Assembly: GCA_013115145.1 (NCBI GenBank)
Contig: JAAPAO010000032.1
Location: 1-64,000, forward strand
DNA from: Perkinsus chesapeaki ATCC PRA-425
Taxonomy: Eukaryota; Protista; Perkinsozoa
Length of the DNA stretch: 64,000 bases
Direction: 5' to 3'
Shown: piece by piece, positions 1 to 12,900 of the stretch
How the letters are laid out: each line of letters begins with the position of its first letter
Numbering within the stretch: the first letter of the stretch is position 1
Made by a program: the position numbers and the translations under genes
Notes under the pieces: model-generated
What the model was told of the DNA's origin: nothing
Seen by the model: only the letters and a program-made list of their open reading frames with translations
Databases searched by the model: none

Positions 1-2
1 AA

Positions 3-3000
3 AGTGTATTGGTTTTCGGTGTACGGGTCGTAAATGTACGAGTATTCGAGACATGAGTCGAAGGTGTACGAGTATTCGGTGTATGGGACATGAACACCCC
101 CTGCTGGTAGACCTCGGGGTTCTAGATGCACCGCCGATACGGGTACCAAATGATCAGCTCCAAGGGGCTCCAACATAACTACCTGCCCAGCTTGCGAGTT
201 AAGGTATACGAAGGGGCCGTCGTTGAGGTTCGGTCCATGAACGAGCCGTACATGGCCTTCAATAGGAAGGCATTCGGGACGATGCCAGACGACCAGTTCG
301 CCATCCACAGGTAACCTTCCAGTCGCGGCAGCCATACGCCGGACAGCATCAGCCGCGTGCTTATGTACTAGAGACAAACGAACACGGCTCGTGCACTGAG
401 TCAACACAGCAGCGAGCTCCCTGCTTGTATATGTATTCAACGCCAATTGAGAGGGGTCATCTCCACAGGAAATCGCATCGCCACTAAGCGGTTCGGAGAC
501 CACGTCCGCCACATGTCTAATCCTCATACCAAGCATAAGCTCAGAGGGAGTAACACCTATTGCATTAACCGATGAGTTTATGGTTAACTGTACCCAAGAA
601 AGAGCGTCGTTCCACGGAATACGCATTCCGGCTAGTCGAGCTTTAACAGTTCCGACGCGTTTCTCAGCTATGCCATTAGCCCAGGGTGAAAAACTAGGAA
701 TCTTGCATACTCGGACCCCAACAGCTGTCATCTCCGTGCAGAACTCTTCAGAAGTAATAGCGTTGTCAGCAGTTATAGTCTTCGGAAAACCAAGTATAGG
801 CGTCCATAGCTTGATAACCTCACGTACAGCAGTTCCGCTTTTCATATCCTTGACAGGGGTAATCATAGTAAACCCAGTTGCTATACATACCATACATAGA
901 AACCCAACATATCCAGAGTCGTTAGCCGGGATCCAAGCCTTGTCGATATAACCAAAATCTAAAGCCAAGTGCTTACCGCGCTCATCCAATGATGTTAGAC
1001 CGCGTGGAATTCTGAGACAAGGAATGGAGTGCAAGCGCGTATTCTTACGGTTTTCCAGACAGCGATCACAGGTTTGGGACCACTCGCGGAGAGCCTTACC
1101 GCACCCAGGCCACCAAAAATGCCTTACAAGCGCTTCTAGAGCACCGTCCACACCTTGATGACAAGATAGGTCATGGAAAACGAAAGACACCCATTCTCGT
1201 ATACCCCAGCCAGGCAGATAATTAGTAGATAAGAGTCCCGGTAGATCACCAGATGACCCAAGAGGAATAACCAAAGACCATATGATGTCGTCAGCGACGG
1301 CGTCCCGCACAATAAACACACCGGGTTTCCAACGCACTAAACCAATGTTCAGAGCGGCAGCCGCCGTCGAAGGTAGATCGTCAGCCTCGCCATGAAGGAA
1401 ATACGAGCACCAGGTAGCTAAAGTCGCACCGTGTACCTTAGTTGAGTCACCAGCCTTCTGTTTATCAATGATGAATTCACTGGCGTTGTCAAGAAAAGAC
1501 ATCAATTGATGGACGTCATCCCTAGAAGATGGAATCTCGCCACCCTCCGCTTCAGCAACAACCGGTGCAGCCAGCGCGAGTGGACGGGGGTTTCCTTCCG
1601 CTAAGATAGCATTTCCATCAGGTAATAACCTAGACAATATGTCAGATAACCGATTACGATGGCCTCCCACATGACAGACAGACAGGTCAACTTCCGGAAA
1701 ATCAGAAAGGTCCGCCAACCATCCAAGCCACCGTCTATCACGGCTTCCCTGGGGCTTCAAAACATACGAGTTCCGCGCCAGGAAACGACCGAGGGCGGCA
1801 CTTGAGTCCGTCAACGCCAGAACTCTGCCGAACTCGTGATCATCATCCAAACCACGGCGCTGGAAACGAGGTCTCAGCACGGTCTCAAGAATACGGTGCC
1901 GCCAATGAAGGAGAGATTTCGTGAGACCAAACAACTCCTTGTCAATGATATCGTATCGCCGCTCGGCTTTAGACCATCGGTGAGTCCAAATACCGATAAC
2001 CCGTCCCCAGTTTCCTAGCCACTCGGAGTCGATTTTGAGGCCTTCATTAAGGACTGAGAGAAGCTTTCGGCGACTCCCAGCATACAAAACAGCCGCAGCA
2101 GCTATGGGACTCGCGTCACTCGCTAGGACAAACTGTATGTCATCAGACGCCTCCGACGCAGCATGAAAACCGATCGTCTGAGGTTTCATCGTGCGGAGAA
2201 TGTCAGCCCACACCTCATCGAGCTCTGGCGTCCAGTGTAATCGGGCATTACGGCGCGCTCCGCGCGAGGTCAATTCCCCTATCAGAGCCGTCAAGGGCTC
2301 CGTCAGGTGAGTTAGCGTACCAACCGCTCCCCCCGTAACCGGAGACCATAAACTTTTGCAAAACTGCATCAGACCCAGCTTCACGCGAAGACCGCGAAGA
2401 GTTTTCGGTCGATCAGATAAGGCTGAACGAAGATCTCTCAGTGTGTGGTCGGCCACGCAATAACCATCAGGGCCTAGGCGCATACCAAGAAACTCCACTT
2501 CCCGACAAGGGCCTTTAACCTTGTGGGGTGGTGCTTCCGCCCCCGCGGTCCGAATTGCGAAGAGCACAGCTTGCAACATAGCCTCGCATTGCGACCGATC
2601 GGGGTGCCAGACTAGGCAATCGTCCATATAACTAACCATATAGGGCAATATTTCAGGAACCGCAAGGTCTAGAAGTCGGCGTAGGGCATAACACCAATAG
2701 CTAGCACTGTGCGTGCATCTCATAATCATGCGACGGTGTAACGCATAGCGAATATTATCGTTGTGGTCAAAGTAACTGAAGGCGAAAAACCGTTGCACGG
2801 AGGGATGGTACTCAAGGCAAAAGTAAGCGTTTTTTATATCCAAGGTGGCGAACCAAGAATTCGCCCCGATCGACTCGATGCAGTGTAGTAAAGGTAGTTG
2901 ATAGCCTTCCCAAGTCGATGGTAAGGGTTTGCAACACTCGTTGATAGGTCGTTCATCTACCACGAGACGAAAGTGTTTCTGAACGTTCTCATCCGTCAAG

Positions 3001-5195
3001 TCGTTAAAAGATGGCTGTACTTCAGCACAGTGTTTCTCGACAATGAACGCAGGAACCACCCAAACACGCACTTCATCAAGCGCGATGGTCTCGACGAACC
3101 CATCCCGCTCCAATTGGGCCACCAACATCTGCATAGCCTTACGCTCGATATCTTCACATGGGTAGGGATCGCGCCTAGCCGGTGGAACCGCAGTAGTCTT
3201 CATCTCAACGTGAACCTTCGGCCACTGCCAAGTTCTCAACCTAGTGGATATGGTTTCCTCATCAGGAATTGATATGTCCTCTACTATGCGAGCCTCAGGC
3301 TTAGGAACCATGTCAGAACAAGGGGCAGTACTCACGGGCAGATCATTTCCATAGGAATCGACACCAGTAGGGAACAGCGGCCATACCACGCCCAACTCGT
3401 GAGCCGTCAGGGTATCACGACCAACGTCAATGCTGGCTCGCATTCGTGATAAAGTGCCCATACCAAGTAAGACTGTCGCCTTCCTGAGTGACTCATGCAA
3501 AAGCTCTCCGTCCACCAGATAAACATAGATGGTAACCGTAGTACAATGGCCCGACTCCCCTTCGACGGACATCTGGAGTCTGCCTTTCTCAGACAGACGC
3601 AGAGATGCCGAACTGCTGAGTGAACCAATCAGGATGGGCTCGCTCAGAAGCTCAAGATGGGATACACGACAATCTTCTGCCGCCTGTCGGGACATGATAG
3701 TGTAGTCGGCACCAGTATCTATCACCAGTCGGATACCGACGCCTGCTGCAGTTCCTTTCAGGTAGCGCAGGCTGGAACCCTTCGGAAAGAAGACTTTACC
3801 ATCAGTTTTGCCATCAGCACCATCAGCTTTACCTTTCGGACGAAGCTTGTACCACGCCGGCACGATGGCCGAGTTGGCCGGGTCTTTCCAACAGGTATCC
3901 CGGGTGTGCTTGTCCGCGCCCTTGATATTGTGTTCAAGGCAATAACCGCAAGAACTAGAGGGTTTACCAGTGACAGCCGGTGCTTCCGTATGGCTTTCAA
4001 CTGCCTTGGGTTTCTTGGTGTGGTCCCTCCGGTTGACACTCGGGTCCGGAGACCCACGGCGGTCCTTGTTCTCTAGTTCCTCCCGTACCTCCTCTAGTGT
4101 GAGGGAACTGAGCCTGTGCATGTACACACTTTCGAGACTAGCCCTCAGCTCTTTTCTCAGGCCTCCCAAGAATCTGGCAGCCACCAACCCGGGGGTTAGG
4201 ACGACACCGGTTACCGAACGGAATAGGTGTGCTTCATTACGCACGCGACGACAGAAGTCGCTCACATTCTCACCGGTCCGCATATATAGGCGCTCCCAAC
4301 GCGCAGCCACCCCTGAGGGCGTGTCCATAGAAGCATAACGTTCATCCAACGCCGACCAGATAGCAGTCAACGTGGCGTCTGCCTCCCCAATGTCAGTCAT
4401 GATATCTAGACCAAGACCAGGCGACAGGTTTCTGAAGAGATAAACCACCATCTCGTCTTCAGTCAATTTATCGAATTTCCTGGCAGTAACCATTGCCGTA
4501 CGGAACATCGTATACGGCAAGACCGTGGATGGCCCATCGAACGGCACAGACACTTGTAGGGGCAACTTGTGGGGATCGTTCTTGACCGTACCTGCCTCAT
4601 AAATTATGAGTCATAATTTCCGGTGGAAAGGACTTCGGCATTTGGCTTAAGCTTCATATCGGCAGCCTCGCGAGTCGCGACGCTTCAATGCGAAGACTGC
4701 CCTGCTCTCATGGGTCTTGGCCTCAGCTATACGATGAAGCCGAAAGGTCTTCTTTACCTCCGATGTCGCTACTGCCGCGCTTATGAGAGTCGCCACCTCG
4801 CGGTCGACGTCGGCCACTTCGGCTCCATAAAGGAGATACTTGAACACGCCTTGAGCGGTCACGCTCGGGTCTTCACTCACCGACGCAGGTCCGGAGGGTC
4901 CCTTCAGCCTATCATGTACAAGGGCGCTCCACCTGGCCAGCCAAGAGCGAACATTCGTGTTCGGGTCCTTCAGAGCTTCGAAACCAGCGACGGCCTCATC
5001 AATGAATGACTCATCATGCGGCCTCTCCAAGTTATCCCAGTCGAGAATAGCCAAAACAGCACGATACACCGGGGCCTCGGGGAAGTTATCCGCCAGCTTT
5101 CTAATTTCTGTCATCCGCGACTGTGAACTCAAGTCCGCTGAAGTTTCCAATGTGGGTTGATGGAGAGTAGAAGAAGAAGGTCCAATACCGCTCAT
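3..5195 (-). mobile_element. Ty3/gypsy LTR retrotransposon gag-pol (Gag, Zn knuckle, protease, RT, RNase H, integrase); 3' end beyond window
   Basis: Manual translation shows a stop-free minus frame from 4610 to the window edge. It contains CGYC-x10-H-x4-C, LVIDTGADY (protease), FATLDIKNAYF and YMDD (RT), LASDAS/DKELFGL/LTDSS (RNase H), H-x4-H...CDRC, LALDF/ITADN/NGIAEK (integrase DDE) and GPFVYL. Domain order PR-RT-RH-IN is gypsy-type. Gag starts at ATG 5195 in the same frame, with TAA at 4647 and TGA at 4611 in between. Confidence 0.95.
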
Positions 5196-5229
5196 TAGAA
5201 AGCGTGTGACAAGGACTAAAAACCATCAA

Positions 5230-5452
5230 TGAGATAAGTCAGTTTTCCAAGAGATCATAGAGACAGGCGAAGAAGGGCTTTCCCTCGTAGCCGTCTCGTC
5301 TCAGAAATAATCGATGGCGTGCGCGCGTTCTACGACGCAGACACGCGTCACACGCGACGCCGCTCATAGCGTAAACCCGCTATGCATAAAATACATGAAT
5401 CTCGGGAAAAGGTGTGTGAGAAATGAGGAAAGTCATGCCGGAGGGTGATACA
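5230..5452 (-). repeat. Candidate 5' LTR of the gypsy element
   Basis: Minus strand begins TGTATCA at 5452 and could end ...CTCA at 5230, followed 4 nt later by TGG (possible PBS). The partner LTR is outside the window, so the boundaries are unverified. Confidence 0.3.
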
Positions 5453-5519
5453 GTGATTTGCTTTGCAGGAGTTTTCTGCAAAGGTGGTTTGGTGATGTTT
5501 CTCTGACTCAGTTCTGATC

Positions 5520-6181
5520 AGTTTGGGTCGGGAATTTACCTCACCCTTATGTTTCCCCTTGCTTGAGTGTTGGTCAAGCTGGATCGAGCATTCTTAATAG
5601 GTTCAGCGGTTCATCCTCTGGAAGCTGCCACATGATTGTTCTCACAGCTGCATGTTGATGTGTTAGTGTCATCAGCTTCCGCTTCAGAGCGGAGGGTTGC
5701 AACATCATTAGATCCTCAACCCACTGTTGATGGGAAGGGAGAGGTACTTGAGGCTGTGCGCCTCAATTCTTGATGATTGTCAGAGCGTAAGGGTGATACT
5801 TCTAGCGATAATTTCAAAATTTCATTTTGCGTGAACGTTTGCGTTTTGAGTTGAGTTAGCCAGCGGCTTTTCAACTCATTAATTACGCTAAGGAGTACGG
5901 AGGAGTACTCCTTGCGATAATACATTTTTGCGCTTAGAGTAAAATTCATTAGTCAAATGGATCGATTGATTAAAGAGTTAATTAATGTTACAACCCTGCT
6001 GCTGCAAGTCTACAGCAGGAATGTCGATCGGGCTACTACTACCTCTACCCCTCTTGGGCAAAGCCATGTTTCCCGGAAGCTCTCCTTCTTGCTGGCTCAC
6101 CGGTGAATGAGGTGTACTAGCTAGGTTGCAACCGGAGACAACAAAAGGATGTAATGATATATTAGCAAGCAAGAACAACAT
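5520..6181 (-). other. Uncharacterised coding-like fragment adjacent to the retrotransposon
   Basis: Short ORFs 5716-5949 and 5978-6181 with moderate GC and an intron-like AT stretch between them; no recognisable motif. Confidence 0.2.
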
Positions 6182-6529
6182 GTAAATTATAAATAAGCTC
6201 TTAATATCAGTAATAATATAATAAATTACTAATCATTTCTAATTTGTGAATTTAATTTCTAAGCTTTTTACATATACGTATATTCAACATAATCTGTTTG
6301 TTCCTTAAAGTTACTTTAATGAACATGTTGGTGTTGTTGTTGTCAGTATACTATTATAATATAAATTATATTATAATAGATTATGGCTATGTGATATGTG
6401 ATATAATACATTAACATTTATATCAATATTTATTTATAACTATAAATATTCACAAATCAATATTATTATTATCATCAGAAACATATCATTAACAACAACA
6501 TTGTAACATGATTATTATTATTAGTAGAA

Positions 6530-8405
6530 TTAAGTTATAAATGGTATACGTCTTTTTTCAAATTGTTTCATCCTTTTACTTTTCTTTTTATTATATTTGG
6601 CACCAATTGCTTCTTGGATATTATAATAACCTTTTTTAAGTAATAAATCAGATAATTGATCTTTAAGTCTTCTTGCTGCTTGTGGTCCTTGAAATATAAA
6701 TGCTGAATATACCTGCAATAAATACAACAATAACAACACATACAGATACAACATAATTATTATTAATAATCGATAATTATTATTACTTGTATTATTGATG
6801 CACCATGCTCTATTAAATCTAATGCATCATGTCCTCTTATAACACCACCAGATGCAATTATTGGTATCTAATATAGCAGTATATATTACTTCCTATTTAA
6901 TACTAATAATAATGAATATTACTTCACCATTTAATTGTTTATACCATTTACCAACACATTCATTTATTATTGCTCTTATATCTCTACCACTTATAGTCAT
7001 TTCACCATTATTAACAGCACCATTAATTATTATACCTTCTATATTATTATCTTTAGCTTTACTAGCTAATTCATATCTTGCATCTTCATCTTGATTAACT
7101 GATACTTTAATAAATAATCTAGCAGGTAGAGGATGAGGCTGTTCAACCTTTTCAGGCTGCTGCTGCTGTTGTTGTTGTATTGGTAGTATTATATCTCCTT
7201 TTTTACCATATTCTTCTTTTCTATTATAATAACGTTAAGTACTATAACAATACATAATATATTACTCTTTATTATAACGATAATCGAAATCCTTTCTCCT
7301 AGCCAATGCTGCTTGATATATATGTAATATTTTATTAACCTTTATTACTATGATTAATAATAACACTTTTAATAAAACTATAATTATAATATTCATTATT
7401 ACATCATTTTCAATATGTCTACAATCTAATGATATCCAATTAACTTTATCAGCTAATGTATCAATACCAATTCTAGCATCTCTACCATTTGTTACTTTAA
7501 TACTAACCCCTATCCGACCAATACGTATTAAATCTGGTGTTAAATCTATATTATCTAATCGTTTACGTATTTCGTATACACCAATATTATTTATTGACCA
7601 TGATTTAAAGACATCATCTTCATTACTATAATAAATATTAAATGTATTATAATCTCTTTTAATTACATTATCATCATCTTTATTATTATATAGTATATTA
7701 TTTAATAATTGTAATAGTATATTAATAATTCCTCCTTTATTATTATTATCATTATCAGTTGGTTCAATAGTTATAGTACCAACCTCCACAGCACCAAAAC
7801 CAAGTTTAATATATGAATGTGGTCCATCACAATTAATATCAATACCAGATCCTAATGTTATTGGATTATTAAATATTATACCATTTATATCTTGTATCAT
7901 ATATGGATCTTCGGTATTATAATCTATTGGTAAATAATCATTATGTGCTAATTTATTAATTATATTATTAAATATATGTAATGGTATTGATGCGATAATA
8001 GGTGGTATACAATATCTATTATTAATAATATGTAATCTATATATCTAATCTATTACTGAAATATACTAGTAACATCTTCTAAAGATGTTCCTAAATATAA
8101 TGTAGCAGCACCAAAACATATACCAAACATAATATTGCCCTATTAAATGATATTAATGATAATAAATATAATAAAACTTACAATACTATCTCTTTGTTGT
8201 TTACGATGTTCATTTATACGATATCTACATATTAATATTATTTATATATATATTATTATTATTACTCCATTAATGCTTTATCATAATCTATATTATTTAT
8301 TATATTATTATCCATTATCTTTATTCCATTATTTATCCTACTTAATCCATTACTCTTATGTATTCTGCGTACACTACATGATAATAGACTATATCGTTTC
8401 ATCAT
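6530..8405 (-). CDS. Class 2 dihydroorotate dehydrogenase-like protein with degenerate active site (multi-exon)
   Basis: Presequence-like MMKRYSLLSCSVRRIHK, TM-like GNIMFGICFGAATLYLG, then FNNPITLGSGID, GFGAVEVGTIT, LFIKVS, IPIIASGGV, GASIQVYSAFIFQGP. The last exon ends EKRRIPFIT* at 6530. Confidence 0.85.
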
Positions 8406-8530
8406 ACATAAGAGAATGCAAGAGACTAAAGCCTAAGATGTTTTAAATATAAGTAAATTATTCCGATTCTGTAACGTTTTAGCCTATTGAAATGGCGCAT
8501 AATCGTCGTTGTTGTTGTCATCTCTCCTTA

Positions 8531-9942
8531 ATGGGTGGAGGTCCCTCTAAAAAGCCTTCATCAACATATAATAGGAAGACATCTGGTAGCAGTATATTAG
8601 CCAATGAACGTATAATGCAATTAGAATATGATATTAAGATTATTAATGATAAATTAGATAAAGCCAATAATAAGATTAATGAATTAAATATAATAATAAA
8701 TAATAAAGATAATGAATTGAATATTATAAAAGGGTAATGATATTGTAATTATCACAATAATATATTTATATTAGTGAAAGATTAGAATGGCAAATAATGG
8801 CTGCAAATACGGCAAAGGAAGTTGATAAATATAAAAATAATATAAATAATATAAATAATGATAATAATATAAGATATAATGAATTTATTGAGATTAATGA
8901 TAAATTAATTAAAAAGGAAAATGAATGGAAAGAGATATTAAAAAGAGAAAGGGAAATAAGAAATGCGTAATAGTAATGGTGGTAATATATATTATTAATA
9001 TTATTAGATATGAAAGGATATTAATAAATATAGGTTATATGCCTAATGAAATATCAAGTGGTGTAGTTAATGTTGTTAGTAATATATTAACTAATACACA
9101 TGAACATCGTAAACAAGCTGAATTACAACTCATCACTTCATTATCATCATCTTCATTACATAATGAATATGATAATATAATTACGGATGATGCTCCCCCT
9201 CCTAGAGATTTTAGATTACCATTACCATTAGGATCATTGCATAGGTATAATAAGAATAATGAGGTATTAACGGTTATATAGATTATATAGATTATATTAT
9301 TATTAGATAAATAATAATATAACATGTCATATTAATTGGAAAAAAGCTGTTAAAGCAGCAACTGATGATGCCAATAAAGGAGAGAATAGTGTATATAATA
9401 TAGCATTGAGATTAGCTAATAAAGAAGGATATAATAATAAAGAAGGATATGATAATAAAGAAGGATATAATAGNNNNNNNNNNNNNNNNNNNNNNNNNNN
9501 NNNNNNNNNNNNNNNNNNNNNNNNNNNNNNNNNNNNNNNNNNNNNNNNNNNNNNNNNNNNNNNNNNNNNATAGTAAAGAAGGATATAATAGTAAAGAAGG
9601 ATATAATAGTAAAGAAGGATATAATAGTAAAGAAGGATATAATAGTAAAGAAGGATATAATAGTAAAGAAGGATATAATAGTAAAGAAGGATATAATAGT
9701 AAAGAAGGATATAATAGTAAAGAAGGATATAACAATAAAGAAGGATATGACAATAAAGAAGGATATAATAATAGTAATAAGTTGAATAGAATAGTTAAAG
9801 TTGGTAATGCAGTACGAAGAATGCAATTATTAGCTATGAAACAAAGGGGGCATGATGATAATGTACTTATTAATAATTAATAATTGTTATATTATTAATA
9901 TCATTATTATCATGTTGTTGTTAATAGGTAGTATCATTATAG
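8531..9942 (+). CDS. Coiled-coil protein with N-terminal MGGGPS (possible myristoylation) and C-terminal SKEGYN repeat (4 introns predicted)
   Basis: Exons join through GT-AG introns in frame; last exon VVSL* ends at 9942. An alternative in-frame ATG is at 8492. Confidence 0.6.
9418..9770 (+). repeat. Coding 18-bp tandem repeat (TAGTAAAGAAGGATATAA; S/N-K-E-G-Y-N/D) spanning a 96-N assembly gap
   Basis: Units are directly visible on both sides of the N run 9474-9569. Confidence 0.95.
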
Positions 9943-9981
9943 TAATATTATCCCAGTAGTTCCCCCTCCTTTATTATTATA

Positions 9982-12900
9982 ATGTTAAATTGTGGTTGTA
10001 ATGATAAAGATAATGTTGTAATGATAGATGTAGGTTTTCAAGGTGTTAATGGTGCATATAGCGAAAGCGCTATGTAATACTAATAATAACAAGACCTCCT
10101 TTATTATAATAATAATGTTGCTATTTTTATTAGTTACGAATATTTATGTAATAATAATGGTGTATATTATCCAAATATTAATAAAGATAACATTAATGCT
10201 ATTGGTTATGAAACATTTGAAGATGTATTTAAGTATGTAGTATCAAATAATATGTTAGGTATAATACCGATAGAGAATACTTTAGGAGGGACAATACATA
10301 CTAATTATGGTAATAATAATACATAGTATACATTATTAATATACATTATTAATATACATTATTATTGCATTTCTTTTAATTGTTAGATTTATTATTACGT
10401 TATAGTGGTTCGGTATATATAATTGGTGAATTAGATTATCATGTTAAACATTGTTTATTAACGAAAAATAAAGATATTAATATAGATAATATTAAAGAAG
10501 CGTATTCCCATCCACAAGCATTAGCACAATGCTCTAAATATTTACGAGATAAAGGTATTAAACCAATGGTATATAATGATACTGCTGGAGCGGCTAAAAT
10601 GATAGCATCATCCTCATCCTCGTCAAGGATTAATACTGATATTGCAGCTGCTATTAGTAGTAGTTTAGCTGGTGATATATATAATCTAAATATAGCTGAT
10701 AATGATATACAAGATATATCATTTAATAGAACTAGGTAGTAATAGTACGTAGTTGTAGTAGTATGTTGCTGTTACTTATATACTAGTAGATATATATATT
10801 TCATACTCATTAGATTCTTATTAATATATTATAAACCTATTTTAAATAATATATCATCAATAATAAATAAAGCTAGTATTGTATTTACCATGGATGATGA
10901 TACGTAATAATAATATATGATAATATTAATATAATTTATTATTAGTCCTGGAAGTTTACATAAATCATTATCAGTATTTACATATAGGAATTTACAACTT
11001 ACTAAATTAGAATCTAGACCATTACCAGTTGAAATGTTGGATGATATAACAAAGTAGTAATATTATCTGATAATTATAATAAATAATATTATTAGTCTTG
11101 AAACTAGTAATAATGATGATAAGAAAGATAAAGGAAGTGGAAGTTATTATAATTATTTATGTTATATTGATATATTAATAAATCTAGGGCAAGATGTAGC
11201 ATTTACAAGAGCTATAGATACATTAAAAGAATATAATTCATTTGTTAGGGTAGTAGTAATAATAATAATAATAATATATAGTGAACATATCATTATACAT
11301 CATATACAAGTAGGTATTATCAATATATCCAGCATCAGCTAATAAACATCATCATCATCATATTGCTAAACCCTATGCTATATTACAGTGGCCATTTGAC
11401 ATAGCCATAACATCATCATCATCACCATCCAGTTGTTGTTGTATTAATGATATTAATATATCATTCATAGGGTAGTATTATTATTAGTAGTATCATTGAT
11501 AGTATCATCATTAATAGGTATGGTAAGTTTGCACAGTTTTTAAGTGATAGATTGGTTAAAATATGTGATAAAAGAACATCGATAAGTGCAACTAATATAA
11601 TGGATAATAATGATGATAATAATAATAGAATAAAACATGCAATTGAGAATGATATAAGGTACTACTAGTATAACTACTACTTATAATACATATAATATAG
11701 TAGTATATAATTATTATTAACTATGTTTTTTGTTATTAGGTATTATAGTAATTTTAATATTAAAGATATGTTATATAATGAAAAACCAGATATTATAGTG
11801 GTTGCTACATCAATATTATCATTTGGTGATGTTGTTAATAAATTGTCATATTATATTAAAGATTATATTAATTATACCAAAAAGGATATATTAATAACTG
11901 ATGTATGTAGTGTTAAAAAATATCCATTAGATGTAGTAATTATTATTATGGTATAACGGTATTAATAATAATATTAGGTTATGAAAGAAGCATTTATTAA
12001 AGTAAGTGAAGTGAACACCAACAACAACAACAAAAAGAATGATGATGATGTTGATGTTGTTGTTGATGATGATGATTCTACTACTAATGGTATAAGTATA
12101 TTATGTACACATCCTATGTTTGGTCCAGATAGTGGTAAATATGGATGGTATAATTTACCATTAGTTTATGATGATACATATGTTGATACTACATCTGATA
12201 GAATTAATTATATAACTAAATATTGGCTTGATATGTTTAATAGTTGTGGATGTAGATTAATAAATATGAAAGCTGATGAACATGATAAATTATCAGCATC
12301 AACACAATTTATAACACATTTAACAGGAAGAATATTGAGTGGTATAAAACCAAAATTACATAAAACTGATATAGATACTGTTGGATTTAGAAGCCTTATT
12401 AAATTAATGGATAATACTAATAATGATAGGTAGTAGTAGTAATAATATGATTAGGTCGATTATTATTATGATAGTATTGAATTATTTAAAGGACTATACC
12501 GTTATAATACATCATCTGAATTACAGCTTGAAGCATTTGAAAATAGTTTAAAATATATTAAAGATATACTTAATAAGAATGGACAAGATAATGTAATAAT
12601 AATAATAACAGTTATAATGCAACATTACATTAGTATTAGGTCAATAACAACAACACTAATCAGCCTTCTCCCTCTACATCATCATCAGCCGATGCTACTG
12701 ATGCTACTGATGCTGCTCAGTTATCTAAGTTAATTGATAGATTACCATCCAGTGCTACGGTTCGTCTACATGCGAAATCAATGGAATTAAAAAGGATTGG
12801 TAAAGATATACAAGGTGCTTTAGGTGTTGGTGAACCTGACTTTTTACCATCTAAATGTGTATTAATAATAATAGTAACATATTATTATTATTAATAATAA

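Noticed and set aside
126-5160. Plus-strand ORFs within the retroelement
   Set aside because: Antisense to the intact gag-pol, with no motifs.
5284-5306. CGTAGCCGTCTCGTCTCAG resembles the Perkinsus spliced leader as recalled (ACCGTAGCCATCTTGGCTCAAG)
   Set aside because: About 15 of 20 matches is near chance level in 128 kb of both strands; it lacks the AAG|GT junction and lies in the putative LTR.
9412-9826. Minus-strand ORFs (YPSLLL, TIISFF repeats)
   Set aside because: Antisense shadows of the 18-bp SKEGYN repeat.
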